From Tubulanus polymorphus (taxonomy: Eukaryota > Animalia > Nemertea): a DNA stretch of 64,000 bases. Below, piece by piece: positions 10,891 through 23,390 of this stretch (positions within the stretch are counted from its first letter, which is position 1; every line of letters begins with the position of its first letter). Under the pieces are notes generated by a model. That model was not told where the DNA came from and ran no database searches. It worked only from the letters and a program-made list of their open reading frames with translations. Made by a program: the position numbers and the translations under genes. Where the stretch lies: positions 18,780,950 to 18,844,949 of the forward strand of contig NC_134029.1 of assembly GCF_964204645.1 (NCBI RefSeq). The letters are read 5' to 3'.

Positions 10891-13415
10891 CTAATTGAAC
10901 GATTCCACTGCCTGCTTTTGTTGGTCGAAACGACTCTTGTGATTTTTTGCCATGTAGATGAAATACGTCAGGGCTTCTTTCTCCACAACTGGGATCGTTT
11001 TGAAGTGTCTCGCAACAGTCTGAAATGACACAAACGTCACGATATTCAGATCGCATCAGAAAAGATCAAATCACAAGATTTAGGTTCGGAGGGGCGACCA
11101 TCCTTTCATTTTTACATCTACCTTCTGAAAATCTGCCACCCCTTATAAAATATCTTCTGCCCCTACCAAAGTGGATTCCAATATTCTATCAAAGCTCATA
11201 ATTGAGAGCGTAATGAGCTTACAAATTAAACTTAATTTTCTGCATTTTCGCGGATCGTTAAGTTTTGCTACTTCAGCGGCCACGATGCCATAAACTTAAC
11301 AATGAATACAGCCTCCTTAGAATTCTGTGCATATCAAATATTGAGTTGATATTGGTTAATTTTCAATGAATTAACACTAAGGACTGTGGAACCGAGTCCT
11401 ACGTTAATTCGGATTGGTTGAATTTCATAGACCAGATGAAGAATTTTATCAGTCCAAAATGCGGTGTTAACATAAACAACAGTACAATACAACCACACAC
11501 ACCATCATCGAAAACAGTGCATAGGCCCCTAGTAATCATATTATTTGTTTACACAAAATCTACGAGACTTATAAAGGTTCAGGGTTAGTTGTTCCAAAGT
11601 TTGTCGATATTGGATAAATACTCTTAATTACAATGCAGTTTCAACGGTTGCGCTATGTTAGTAAATCCACTGATAACTTAGACAAACTTTCGAGCATTTG
11701 GAATGATATTACTCAACAATGTCACGGTTTTTTGCAAGAAACATCAACAAAAATCAGAACTTACATCGGCTAATTGAGCTTTATTCAATCCAGGTCGCGT
11801 TTGTAATTTGTAGTAGCGCTTGTATCTTCTCAACGTGTTTACAGGCATTTGTAAGAAGTCAATCTGGAATCAATTCAATCATAGAAACAAATAAAAACAA
11901 ATAGAAATTATGGGAAAATGAGTGCAGGCCAATGTTTCAAATGAAGAGATTATTACACAAATCAGTTAAATTCAAATTTTCAAATTAAAGACTCAATTTT
12001 CAAACTTATTCCAATTTATCTATCATCTATTCGCAATTCAATTGAACTTGCCAAGTTCACGGTTTTAAACAGTACTATTTCTCGAAGCACGGTTTATACT
12101 TTTTGGTCATTCAACGATTTGATTAATTAATTAATAGAATCAGGATACTTCATACAATACATCGATTCAGTATCCTGATTAGATATGGCAAGAAAATGCA
12201 CCGCCATCATCAGGGGCCAGTTGTGTAGTCACGGCTTAGATAAACAGTCTCAGAACATCTTAGCTGATTCTAAAGATAATCAAATAAGTTAATATTCCAG
12301 ATAAGACCAGTCTATGGATTAAAGAAGTAGAACATTTTTGGACTTACGTCATGACTGTGCAACTGGCCCCAGGACTAATTAATTCAAGTTAAGTATAAGT
12401 ACCTCTAGTCTAAGCCTAATCAGTATTTCATATATAGTGCCCGCTTCAAAATTAAGAGTCTAAGGGCACCATACTGATGAGGCTAGGTAATAAGATAGCC
12501 TTAAGAGAGTAAGGTATAATGTCATTGACTGAAATATATTTGATTTTTAGGACTCTTCCAAATTCAAGAAGTTTGTCGAGTAATTTCACAAATTTAGAGG
12601 GAGATTCGAGATGTTCAATTCAGACCGAGTTTCCAAGCAGTAGTAAGACGACGAGGGCAGCTCGTTGGATTCATACCTCGGGTAGATCGTTGTCCCTGTC
12701 TGGTGTATCACGATCATCACCGCTATCTTTTCGTTTTCTTTTGGTTCGTACACTTTGAATCATCGTCTTGTGGTAATCACAAATGTAGATGTGGCGTACC
12801 TGCACACGAAATAACAAGTAGATTTATATTCACTTATATCCCAGGTATTAAAAACAGATAGGAAACATCCCACACCACTGAGGCAAGTGCCCTACTGTTC
12901 TGTGTTCTTCCCTACTGTTTAAATCCCTCAACCCACTTAGTGCTACACCGAGCATTATGAGGGACCATGTATTTACTTAGTTTGTACGCAAAAATCTGCC
13001 AATTTCTATGAAACCCCTCCCCTTATACGCAGCTGTACTTTTCGCTTTACCCTCACTCCCAGTATGTACGCAAGAATGATATGTTTGTATAAATTATTTG
13101 AGATTTTTTTTTAAATCATAAAGAATGCGATAGAGAATATAAAGAATCCTTAAATCGCGACACTTCATTTTTTTAAGTCGCCCATCCTAATTGTACGAGT
13201 TCCTCATTTCAAGGTTTGTATGAAAAAGACAATTTTAAAAAACGTACGTTTGTATCGATATTAAGCTTTAGTTTTCTCTGAAGTACGATCTTTTGGATAC
13301 GTTTGCTGTAACTGGCATTTCCGGCGAGACGAACGCAACGTGTACCGGACTCTAATAAACAGCAGATTTGATCTTGTGGTCCTCGGCTATCCTCTTCAGT
13401 ACTAACACCGTTCAT
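10891..13415 (-). CDS. SAP30L: Sin3/HDAC complex subunit SAP30/SAP30L, 172 aa, 4 coding exons
   Basis: Exons 13415-13248 ([32 protein letters not shown]), 12799-12677 ([24 protein letters not shown]), 11863-11765 ([33 protein letters not shown]) and 11019-10891 ([28 protein letters not shown]). All junctions are phase-0 GT/AG. Contains the SAP30 zinc finger, NLS and Sin3-binding domain. Confidence 0.95.
12214..12369. mobile_element. MITE with GGGCCAGTT termini (PIF/Harbinger-like)
   Basis: gggccagttg...caactggccc flanked by cag. A related copy at ~41089-41229 shares the taagaccagtc and tttttggactta segments. Confidence 0.55.
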
Positions 13416-13765
13416 ACCACCACCACAGCCACCTCAGCCTCTCCTGAAATACACAAACCCCAGCTGAACAGATCAAGCGAATAAGAGGCTAGCAAAAACG
13501 ATCTGTGTTTTTCGGACATGTCATATTAATCAAAGTAGAGAGGTACAGTAGCAGGGGCGGATTCAACCAAAGAAAAGTATGTTGGGAGCCTTCAGACATC
13601 CTCGGATGGGACCAATTTTTTTACAGGTAGGGGGGCCAACTGAAAATCTAGAGGGTAGCAACCCCCTAGATCCGCACCTGTGTAGTCTGTAGAATTGTGG
13701 TGAAGGCCAGTGGATTGGCTGCAGTAGGCCTAGGTCTAGCTAAAATAGGGGCTGTCAAATGTTAA

Positions 13766-14389
13766 AGCGCAGATCCACACCTTTTCATATGGTTCGATCA
13801 ATTTTATCAAAGATCACCGTTTCAGACTCAGAATATCATCAGGAATTCAGTGCAGTTGTTTATTTTATGATATCACCACTAGAGAATAGGTAGTTGCCCA
13901 GTTTTTGTCTCGAAATCGTCACGATTTTTCAACCGGATGCCATATTGGATTGAATGGTGAATCTGAAGTGGAGATCTGTCAAAAGTATTTGCTGAAACTA
14001 TGTTTTGTGATCCAATCAATTTGAGAAAGAAAAATAAAATTTTCTTATCAAGTTAAACAATTATAGGCCTATCAGACAATTTAGCTAGCATTAGAAACCC
14101 AAGTGACAGTTGACAGAAATTTGATCAACTTAATTGTACTGATAATCGACACATTGTTTCAGTAAGGATTCGTAAGAAGTCTGCATAAGAATAACGAAAT
14201 CCAAGATGGCATCCAGTTAAAAAATCGTGATGATCTTGAGATAAAAACCGCGCCAAAATTCGGATTTCTAGTGAAAATGACATGAAATAAATGATTACAT
14301 TGGATTCCTAGAAACATTCTGAGGCTGGAACAGTGATTTGTAACTCTTAATTTAGATTGTGTCAGTCACGAGAGGTGTGGATCTGTACT
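13766..14389. mobile_element. Non-autonomous DNA transposon with AG(C/T)(G/A)CAGATCCACACC TIRs (Kolobok-like)
   Basis: ttaa-agcgcagatccacacct ... aggtgtggatctgtact-ttta, plus internal inverted segments. Superfamily is inferred from the termini only. Confidence 0.55.
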
Positions 14390-15198
14390 TTTACAGCTAT
14401 GGCGCTATAAATATAATTAGTTAAGTGGAACACTGTCTTATCGCCAGTCCTTTTTTCACTCAATGCTCTGCAAAAACTAGAGGCATTAACAATTAACAAC
14501 CTTTGTCACCGTTCCGTTTTCGTAACTACTGTCTGTCACACCTCCTCTCCGTGCGACGTTTTGGTCCGTAATTTCGTTAATAAACAGCTTATCTACCTTT
14601 ATTACGCATCAATTTGTTCAGTGAGGACTTTGCATTCAGAAATAAACAACATTTTTTACTAAAGTTGTATTTGTTTTCATTTATGAGCGATAGTTTACTC
14701 GGCATACGCTCGCGTAATGCTGAAAAATCCGCTCCGCGGACGCTCGGAAACATTACAGTGATGTCATCACCTGCTCATTAGGCCCGGAACTATAGCAGAA
14801 TCAGAGAGACTCAAAAGAAGACACGTTGACGCAATGGTTTCTATACTATAACTGAAGATACTTTATTTCCACTAACATACAGAATGGCGGGTTGCTGGGA
14901 CGCACATGTGGTCCTAATAAGCTACTCTAAACTGTGGCAGCGTGAGAACGCGGAGAGAATGAGGAGAGCGCGAGAATTATCGACAATTAGCATATCAAAA
15001 CACAGTAGGTGGCGCCACGTGATGGGCCATAAAAGCCGATTTTCAGAATTATGCGAGCATATGCTAGGTAAACTATCGCTGATAGATGAAAACACAAACA
15101 AATCTATGCCAGATCATGATTTATTTCTGAATGCAAATTCCCTACTGAACAAATTGATGCATAATATTTAGAGATAAACCGATTATTAACGAAATTAC

Positions 15199-15829
15199 CA
15201 CAGGCACTTGAATATGGGCTTTGATAATGGATAAATATCAAATAATTCACCAGCGATACGTTGTTCCTACTTCGATAATCCGCCATGTTTTATAATAATT
15301 TACCCATGATGCAACGCGCGCCCGTCGTTTAACTATACTACACAGAAAGGCTGGAAACGATCCCATCTCCGTAGTGCTTAAATCTACCCGCAATTATCGG
15401 GACAGCCGAACACTGCCGATGATTGCCGAAGTACGTCCCAAGTGTCAATTTTAATCCTGAAATATAATGAGCGCCCATAATTTCAATTGTAGATGATTTT
15501 TTGGAAACATTGACACTGTTTTAGCTCCATTAAAGATTTGAACTGGCAACAAAATTGATTTTTGAAAATTTGTGATGCCTCTTCGGGATTGCTGTGACGT
15601 CATCAGTCCCGATATTTGCAGGTAGATTTAAGTATTACGGAGATAGGTGCGTTTCCAGCCTTTCTGTATAGTATAGTTAGACGAGGGATGCGCGTTGGAT
15701 CATGGGTAAAACATTTGCATCATGGATAATTAAGATGGCAACCCCGTTGGTGTTTTTATCGAAGATTACGATAAATCTTATCATTTTTAACACACCAACA
15801 AGGTCAAAGCCCATATTCAAGTGCCTGTG
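15199..15829. mobile_element. Foldback MITE, CACAGG termini, 8-bp TSD GAAATTAC (P-element-like)
   Basis: cacaggcacttgaatatgggctttga at 15199 and its reverse complement ending at 15829. GAAATTAC at 15191-15198 and 15830-15837. Inner arms ~15300-15405 and ~15605-15710 are also complementary. Confidence 0.8.
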
Positions 15830-16062
15830 GAAATTACGGACCAAAACGTCGCACGGAGAGCAGGTGTGACAGACAGTAGTCAACTAAGCCAAGGTGGGAA
15901 GTAACTGAACGCCCTTTTTGTTCAGTCGCAACGTATTTCAGTATCGGCCATTTTGGAATCAGGCTCAACAAAATACAACGACCGTGCTCAATTGTGTGGT
16001 AAATTTCCGGACCACAGTTCCGACTAACTGACATTAGGTTTCATCTATTTCGACTTACTATA

Positions 16063-16220
16063 AGGGGTCAATTCATTTATTACGTACGCAGGGGAGGGGT
16101 AAGTGCAATTGCGTACTGTAATGCTTAATGTATATGAAAAAATGGTCGATTTTGCGTACAGAGGGGGAGGGGGGTTGAAAAATTCAAATTTTATGCGTAC
16201 GTAATTAATGAATGATCCCT
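16063..16220. mobile_element. Small MITE (agggg..cattt attacgtacgca / tgcgtacgtaattaatgaatgatccct)
   Basis: TIRs with TAA-like flanks. A degenerate relative lies at ~12960-13205. Confidence 0.55.
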
Positions 16221-16899
16221 AAGTCTAATCGAATCGACGTAACGAACGGAAACCACCCAGACTAGTTTTATCATGGTCTTTCAGCTTAACAATTTAAACA
16301 CTATTTAAAATTTAAATCATGAAGTATTCTACTTTGAAGCACGCTTCAGCTTACCAACAAGTTTCCCGACGCAAAAAGCGACAGAATACACCCGTTCTTT
16401 GAGGATTTGGCTCAGAATGGTACAACAAAACTAACGACGTTACACCAGAAATTTGTGAGGAAGCACCGGCACCGACCGAAGTGAGAATAAGATGACGTCA
16501 CATAAATGAACACGATCTATCCGGGCTTAGGTTCGAACCCCAGCGTGACACTACCATGACAGAAGGGTAAACTACGCAAACTAACATAGCAAATGCCAAA
16601 TATATAACACATTCTTCAAGATTAAAACCTCAAATAACAAAAAGGTGGCTTACTCACTTTTAAAAAAATTATCTTTATTTGAGTTGATCAAACAGAGGGC
16701 TGAAAATTGGCATATGATATTTGATACAGGTGTAATAGCCATCCATACAACTATTCCATTGTTTAGCTTCTGCAATGTGGTTTAGGCATAGCTGTGTTTT
16801 TGCCACCTCAGCTCGGATGAGCGGTTCATTATCGCATCATTACAGTCGAATTAAATATCGGAGAGCGTGCTCTATTGTTTTTCGCGTGACGTAATGGCA

Positions 16900-17125
16900 T
16901 ATTTAAACGAATAGCGATTGAGAAACGTGATTGGCTGCTACGTAGGCAGATAATGATATGAACGGCGGCGACGGACTCTGATTCGCCACGATGCCGACGG
17001 TCTGGCGGGAAATCGACCAATGGGCGCTTGTTTTGGCGGCATAACTCATCGGGATAACTCGGTCTGCATAAGTAGCGTGTATGTGCGGGCTCCGTGCTTT
17101 GAATATACGCGGATATAGAAGGTAT
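16900..17125 (+). promoter_or_regulatory. Probable promoter and first non-coding exon of HMGB paralog 1
   Basis: CpG-rich, with CCAAT boxes (gattgg ~16929, ccaat ~17017), E2F-like ggcgggaaa and a donor AG|gtatgt at ~17121. Confidence 0.45.
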
Positions 17126-18322
17126 GTTTACATTCAAATATATCTGTATGATTTATATTTACGAATTTATCCAGTTAATGCGACATCGTTCTGAAAATAT
17201 TCTAATTATTAGCGAGGAGTTTATGTCGTATTTCGGTGTTGTTCTTCATTAGAAAGCGTTTCTGCGCAGCGTTGATCTCACTTGTCGAATCTCTTAGCGC
17301 TGTGTGCATGCATTAGATATGGCGGCCGTGTGTATGTATGTATGAACTCGAAGAAAAAAATTCTTACGAATTCATTTTTCGTCGATCGACAAAACATTTC
17401 GAGATAGCCATTTCGTATGGTTTCTGTATATGATTAAAAATGTATATTGAGCAGGTTCTCGAAGTTCGTTTTTTGCCTGTGAAACCGATGCAAAATGCCA
17501 GGTTGGCGCTACACTACGAGGTTGGCATATGGCTGCGTAGTATACAAGGCACCCTGTACGTTTTACATAGGAAGCCAGAGCCCTATCCTGGTGTACTAGA
17601 CGCGTATAAAAGCATAGCGGATGGTGCGCTTGTCACAAAATCTTTCCTAAACATTTCTATTTTCGAATGTTAATCGAAATATGGTTAGGCGACGTTTAGA
17701 TCACGCATATTAAGGGGGACTTTCATTCATGCGAAGTAGAAATGATGTCGACAAGGTGAATTTGAGGGTCATCAAAGACAAAATGTCGGTTGTAGGCAAA
17801 TGAACTACCGTCGTATACTACTCACTACTACGTTGTAGTGTAACGCATAAAACATTTTAATGGACTGTCACTTTTTGCTACCAATCTTTTTCAAGCCATA
17901 CGATTGCAAAGATAATTTTATGGTACGGTAATAATGATTATACTATGTATGAATATATTTCTATCGAAAAGTTTAATTTTTATCAATAGCCTATTCAATT
18001 TATCTATTTTAACCACAAAATGTGGCTGTTATTATTTCTATTTTGTAGAGTGTGGACAAGGACCATTGATTGAATTAGTCTTATGATTTTTGATAAATCC
18101 ATAAATGATTAAAAATTGACAAAAAGTCATTCAATTTTCAAATTTCGTCATTAAATCTGATTTTGTATCTTGCAATCAAATAATCTTTCACAGAAAATGC
18201 GATTGATAGGCCTATCATTCAATTAGCCTTGAATAGAAAATAAATCGATTCAAAATTTAAGTTTTACGAATATACTGCTATTTACATATGTAGCCTATCT
18301 TTTTTTAGATACGACTCCTAAT

Positions 18323-19906
18323 ATGGCTTCAATGGGAATGGATCCTGTTGCCGTGATGCAGATGCAGATGCAGATGAGACAGCAAGCGGGTAATGTTACT
18401 ACTGCTGCTGCTACTGCTGCGGTTAGTTCTGGATCTAGTAAAAAACCAAGAGGGAAGATGACACCGTATGCGTGCTTTGTTAAGGTGATCCGTGCTGAGC
18501 ATAAGAAAAAGCACCCGACTGAACATATCGTATTTGCTGAATTCTCTAAGAAATGCGCGGAAAAGTGGTCGGTAAGTGCAACGTAATTCCGTGGTCCTTT
18601 TTGGTTCAAGACTTCGCTATTAGATAAGACGTCACATTCTCAAAAATATTATCATTTTCTTCTCCTTTGCAGCAAATGAATGAAAAGGAAAAGAAACGAT
18701 TTCAAGAAATGTCGTTGAAAGACAAAGAGCGCTACGAACGCGAAATGGCCGAATATGAACCGCCCGCAGGGGAAGCACCGAAGCCGAAGAAGAAAAAAAG
18801 GACCAAAGATCCGAACGCCCCAAAACGAGCGCTGTAAGAAATCAACTAGTTATTTAGATTTGAATTATCTACTCGTTCTTTTGCCTGTTCGAAACAAGTT
18901 GGGGGGGGGGCACATGGTTTTAAGCATCAGTAAACATCTTCCCAGTTCTTGCCAACTCGGAGCAGCGATATTAGTCAGAAAAAAGGATAAGAAAAATGAG
19001 ATTATTATTTTGTTTTTATCAGAGTAAATAAAAAAAGTTTGATTTGGGCATGTTGTACTAAGCCACAACTGCCCCTGAAATATCCATCATAAACACGGTT
19101 TTAATTTCAGGTCGGCGTTCATGTGGTTTTGCAAAGACGCGCGCAAGGATGTTAAAGAGGCGAGTCCTGAACTGCGAATGGGCGAAATCGCCAAGGTTCT
19201 TTCGGTCAAGTGGAAAGAATGTCCAAATCGAGAAATCTACGAAAAACAGGCTGACGAAGATAAACAAAGATACGCAGAAGTAAGTCGATCACTCAAAAAT
19301 TTCCGTTGTTGGTTGAACTATTACCATTGTGTAAACAGTAAACTTCTGATTATCTTCTTGCTTCCCTTGTGACCAGTTCCTTTTCGTTGGTTAGTTTTGA
19401 TGGTCTAAACTGAACATATTAATTATTATGACCAATTTATGGAAAAAATCTGATTTGGTATTCAGAAGCGTATAATTGAGAGTTGAAACAATTTCAATCA
19501 TCAAATCACCATCCCTCCTAACAACTTGTTTGCATTGCATGCTCGATGAATGAAGGCTTGGATATAACAGAACTATATAATAATTGCGGTTCAGATATGG
19601 ATTATGGCTTGTTTGAAAGACAATTGCATCAGATATTTCTAACAATGTTGCAATGTTTTTTTTTATTCGCCGGTATATATCGCTATTAACGATCTCATTG
19701 TTTTACAGGCGATGAAAGTTTACAAAAGCCAAAAAGCAACCGGAAAAACGAAACCGATGATCGTCGGTAATCAGCAAAATCATCAAATTGCCGCGATGAT
19801 TCCACAACAACAACAGCAGCTACACCACAAACAACAAGGTGGCGCTGAATCTGAGGAATCAGACGAATCTGGCTCTGAAGATGATGATGAGGACGATGAG
19901 GCTTAG
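18323..19906 (+). CDS. HMGB/DSP1-type double HMG-box protein, paralog 1 (~258 aa)
   Basis: Exons 18323-18571, 18673-18833, 19111-19279, 19709-19906 (GT/AG, frame-consistent). Box [27 protein letters not shown], linker KDPNAPKR, box [19 protein letters not shown], a Q-rich segment and an acidic tail. Confidence 0.93.
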
Positions 19907-22900
19907 GATGGTGTAGTCTGCTACCATTGTTGGTTGTCTTTGATCGTTGGCTGCCGTCTGAATGAGCCGCCGATAATCCAAGTTTTGTACAGCAATTGTT
20001 AATCCGAGTGTCCAAACACCTTCGATTGATACATCGAACGGATCTGCATTTCAAACAAACGACTTTTCAATGTTTTTATTTTTGAAAACATTTTAAGTTG
20101 TCACGTTTCTTCCATTTAAGGCCTATATAGGCGCGGACCTATGTATTGTGTGTGTACGTACGTTGACGCTTATTGTTGTTAATTGATTCTTCGATCGAAT
20201 TGAGAATTTTCTTGTTGTTTCATTATTTGTAAAATGTTGATTAGAAAGAGAGCTATTATGATGATTTTTGATTTGTCTAACGTGTAAAAGTTGTTAAGTA
20301 TATCGATGTAACATGAAAATAAAGTATATACCTAGTGTAGATCTAGCTTGCAACTGATATACGTGTATTTTTGTGTGTTGCGAATGATGACAGCTTCATC
20401 GCTATTCTCTATTGTAAATATTTCGTGAAATTAATTTGTTTAGTCATACTGAAATGAGTTTATCTCTTTGACGAATGATACGTTGAAAAATGTGCAATGT
20501 TTCATAGGTCGCTGAAAAATGTCATAATGTAACATTAATGTACCTGTGATGTGCGGATCTGGTTCATTTTCTGCTCAATTTCAGACTGGCTCAGCAGTTG
20601 CTTGAGCAGTATTTGATTGAAATAAAGAAAGAGTAATTCATCAAATACTGAATACCGCCCATTGAAGTTAATTGTGTAGCATTAGAGATTCATGTAAGAA
20701 AAGTTTTTGGCAATACCGTTAAACACTAACTCAATGTATGGTATATCATATTCTGTGCTTTTTGCTGTAGTTTAGTGAGGTTGCAGAATGGCTTGTTTCA
20801 TTCATGTGATTGTAAAAAAAATCCCCATTGCAACAACAACATATTTTTGGTGGTTGTTGGAGCTTGTCAATTGTAAGATATGGTAACATTCATTAGTAAG
20901 GGAATTGGGACTAGTTCTGTTTGGTAAGTAAAGTGTAAGAACTCAACTTGATGAGATTGGAACTAAAATTAATCAGTGGTATCAAGTAGACTGCCAAGTG
21001 ATATGGCGATTCAAGAAGGAAAGATAGTTGTGTATTCATCTGTAAATAGTCAATGAATGTCACTGTATGATAACTTCGAATGTTGTTACAGAAAAACATT
21101 TTATCTACTATATTAACATTGTATTTGATATGAATGACCCCTGTCATTAAATAAAATACATAGATTCATTTAATTTTTGATTAATTGTAGTATATTAGAA
21201 ATATGCTTCCGTACCACTAGTCTTGGCGCACTTTGTTTTTCTTTGAAATATCGTTAATTACTAATTACTACTAGGAATTCAAAAATACGTCCAGGAATTG
21301 TTATGATTTTGATATGATTTTATTTTCCAGTCTAATGAGTATTAAACATCCACATTGATTGATTAAATTGATGGTCTTAATTGAACCTAGTTGAAAACGT
21401 TAATATGTTTTAGCAAAGTATATTCTTTTATGTGTAGTTCAATATTATTTTCTATCATCAAAGAAAATGAAAGCTATTGAATAAAAAAAAACTATTACGC
21501 TGAAAACGTCTTTATTAGTTAAGGGAAATTGGTCAGTTTTAAATCAAAAATGGGCCCCGTTTTGCGCCGTCTGCCGGTAGGTCAGCCAAACTCAAAACAT
21601 TCGGTAGATGGCAGCACTGTGTAGATAATGGCGATCCTTCATTGACCGTACAATAAGATATCTAGCTAATGTTTGCCGCCTAATTTCACCATCAAGAAAT
21701 CTCCGCGGGTAAGGTTTATCTAAACGATCGAATTCGTTGCGAATCGTAGACGACTATGACGGCCAGTTTTAGTCGATGCATTCGTGAATTCGCTTCAAAT
21801 CGCCTTTCAAATTCGGGTGTTTTAAAAGTTCGATCCTCGTCGGTTTTTTCATTCTTTCTTCTCTTCAATTTTATTGTGTAAATAAAGGCTCATCTCGTCG
21901 AAGCAATCGTGTCGTCGATTGAGTGCGACTTAATTGGCTTTTGGTTGCCGTAATTGCAATTTGCCTTGAATATTGTCTCTCATTGTTGAAGTTAAGATCC
22001 CTATTTGTATATTAAACTGTATAGAGATAGAATAGAATACATTTAAGTAATGTATTTTTAGTTCCGAAATGAATTTCCAGATGGCGCTTTCCATCAGGGA
22101 AATATTTGATTACATTGTATTCTATTTTTCTACATATTGAAACAATGTAACGACTAAATCTCTCAACTGTTGGCACAGGTAAAATCAATGAAATCTTCCA
22201 CAACCCAGAAATACCTTATGGTTTTGTGTTTCAGCTTATTTATATGATCAGAATGTCTTTGGTTCTTTGTTATCAAAAAATATTTTATTAGAAACACACA
22301 TTTCGTTTAGATGATATTCATTTAATAACATATTCAGAAATGATTAACTTTACACTTGTTATACAAGCACTATCATCTCAGACCCGATATGAATTTGGTT
22401 AAGTGCCATTCTTAAACTTACGTGCACAAGAAATGGTGAGATCATAGATTATGCTACATAATTTCAATTCGTGTACTGCTATCTTTTTGAGCCCGGCTAC
22501 TTAATGTATGCAGGATTTTGGTTTTGATTTCGATAATGAGCCTAAAGCTCATTTCAAAAAGCTAGATATTTTTCAAGACTTTGTCTAGCAACCTCACAGT
22601 GGATCTCAATGAATTCAGAGAAATTTGGATATATTATGGAGCAATCATCCACCAGCACCCAGTTCCTAAGTGGTCATTTAGGCCTGTAAAGGTTCAAATT
22701 TTTTGGGAGTCCATTATCTCAAGGTTTGAATTGTTATGTCGCGCAATTCACGATTTTTACTAGTAAGCATTCTTCCTTGCCCGAGCTGCCATGTTTGTTT
22801 TGAAAATAAAGAGCCATGAGATCTATTCGATATCAGGCAAATGAAATAATAGTGAGAATGTTAAATCAGTCTAAAACGCTCGCAGGAGTGAAAGGCGCAT

Positions 22901-23390
22901 TGAAATATACCTTGGTCCCTCAAGCGATGTGTTAAAATCTTAAGCTCAAAACCCATATTTTGTTCATCATCAAAGCTATTTGATTAAACTGGTTTCAGTT
23001 AACAAACATTTTTTGACGTTACATCAACCCTTTAATGACTTAAAATTTTACCTAATAGACTTAAAAGGAAAGCGCAGTGATTATTTCATTGTACTGCGCT
23101 ATATAGAAAAAAATATTATTAAAATATTTGGAATGAACTAATTTTAACTGAGTGGTTAAATTTTATTGACAACTTTGGACTTGATTCAAGCATATACAGA
23201 ATCCAGCTCCATTCAAATTCTAGGGCACATAAATTCCAACGAAAATACAATTATCTCAAAATGTATGTTTGGTTCCAAGTAGTACTTACGATTTTGTACC
23301 AAATTAAAAATGAGATGTTTTTTTTTCCGATTTCAGGAAATTTGTGTTTTCTAGCATTGTCGTACTTACGAATAACAACAGTGTGTGGCC

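Noticed and set aside
10835-10893. SAP30L-UPF2 fusion protein by read-through or splicing
   Set aside because: The spacer is 56 nt (out of frame), there is a TAA in the UPF2 frame just before its ATG, and there is no credible acceptor.
16520-16550. tRNA-like B box (ggttcgaaccc); similar motifs at ~45080 and ~51140-51210
   Set aside because: No cloverleaf can be built; at most decayed SINE heads.
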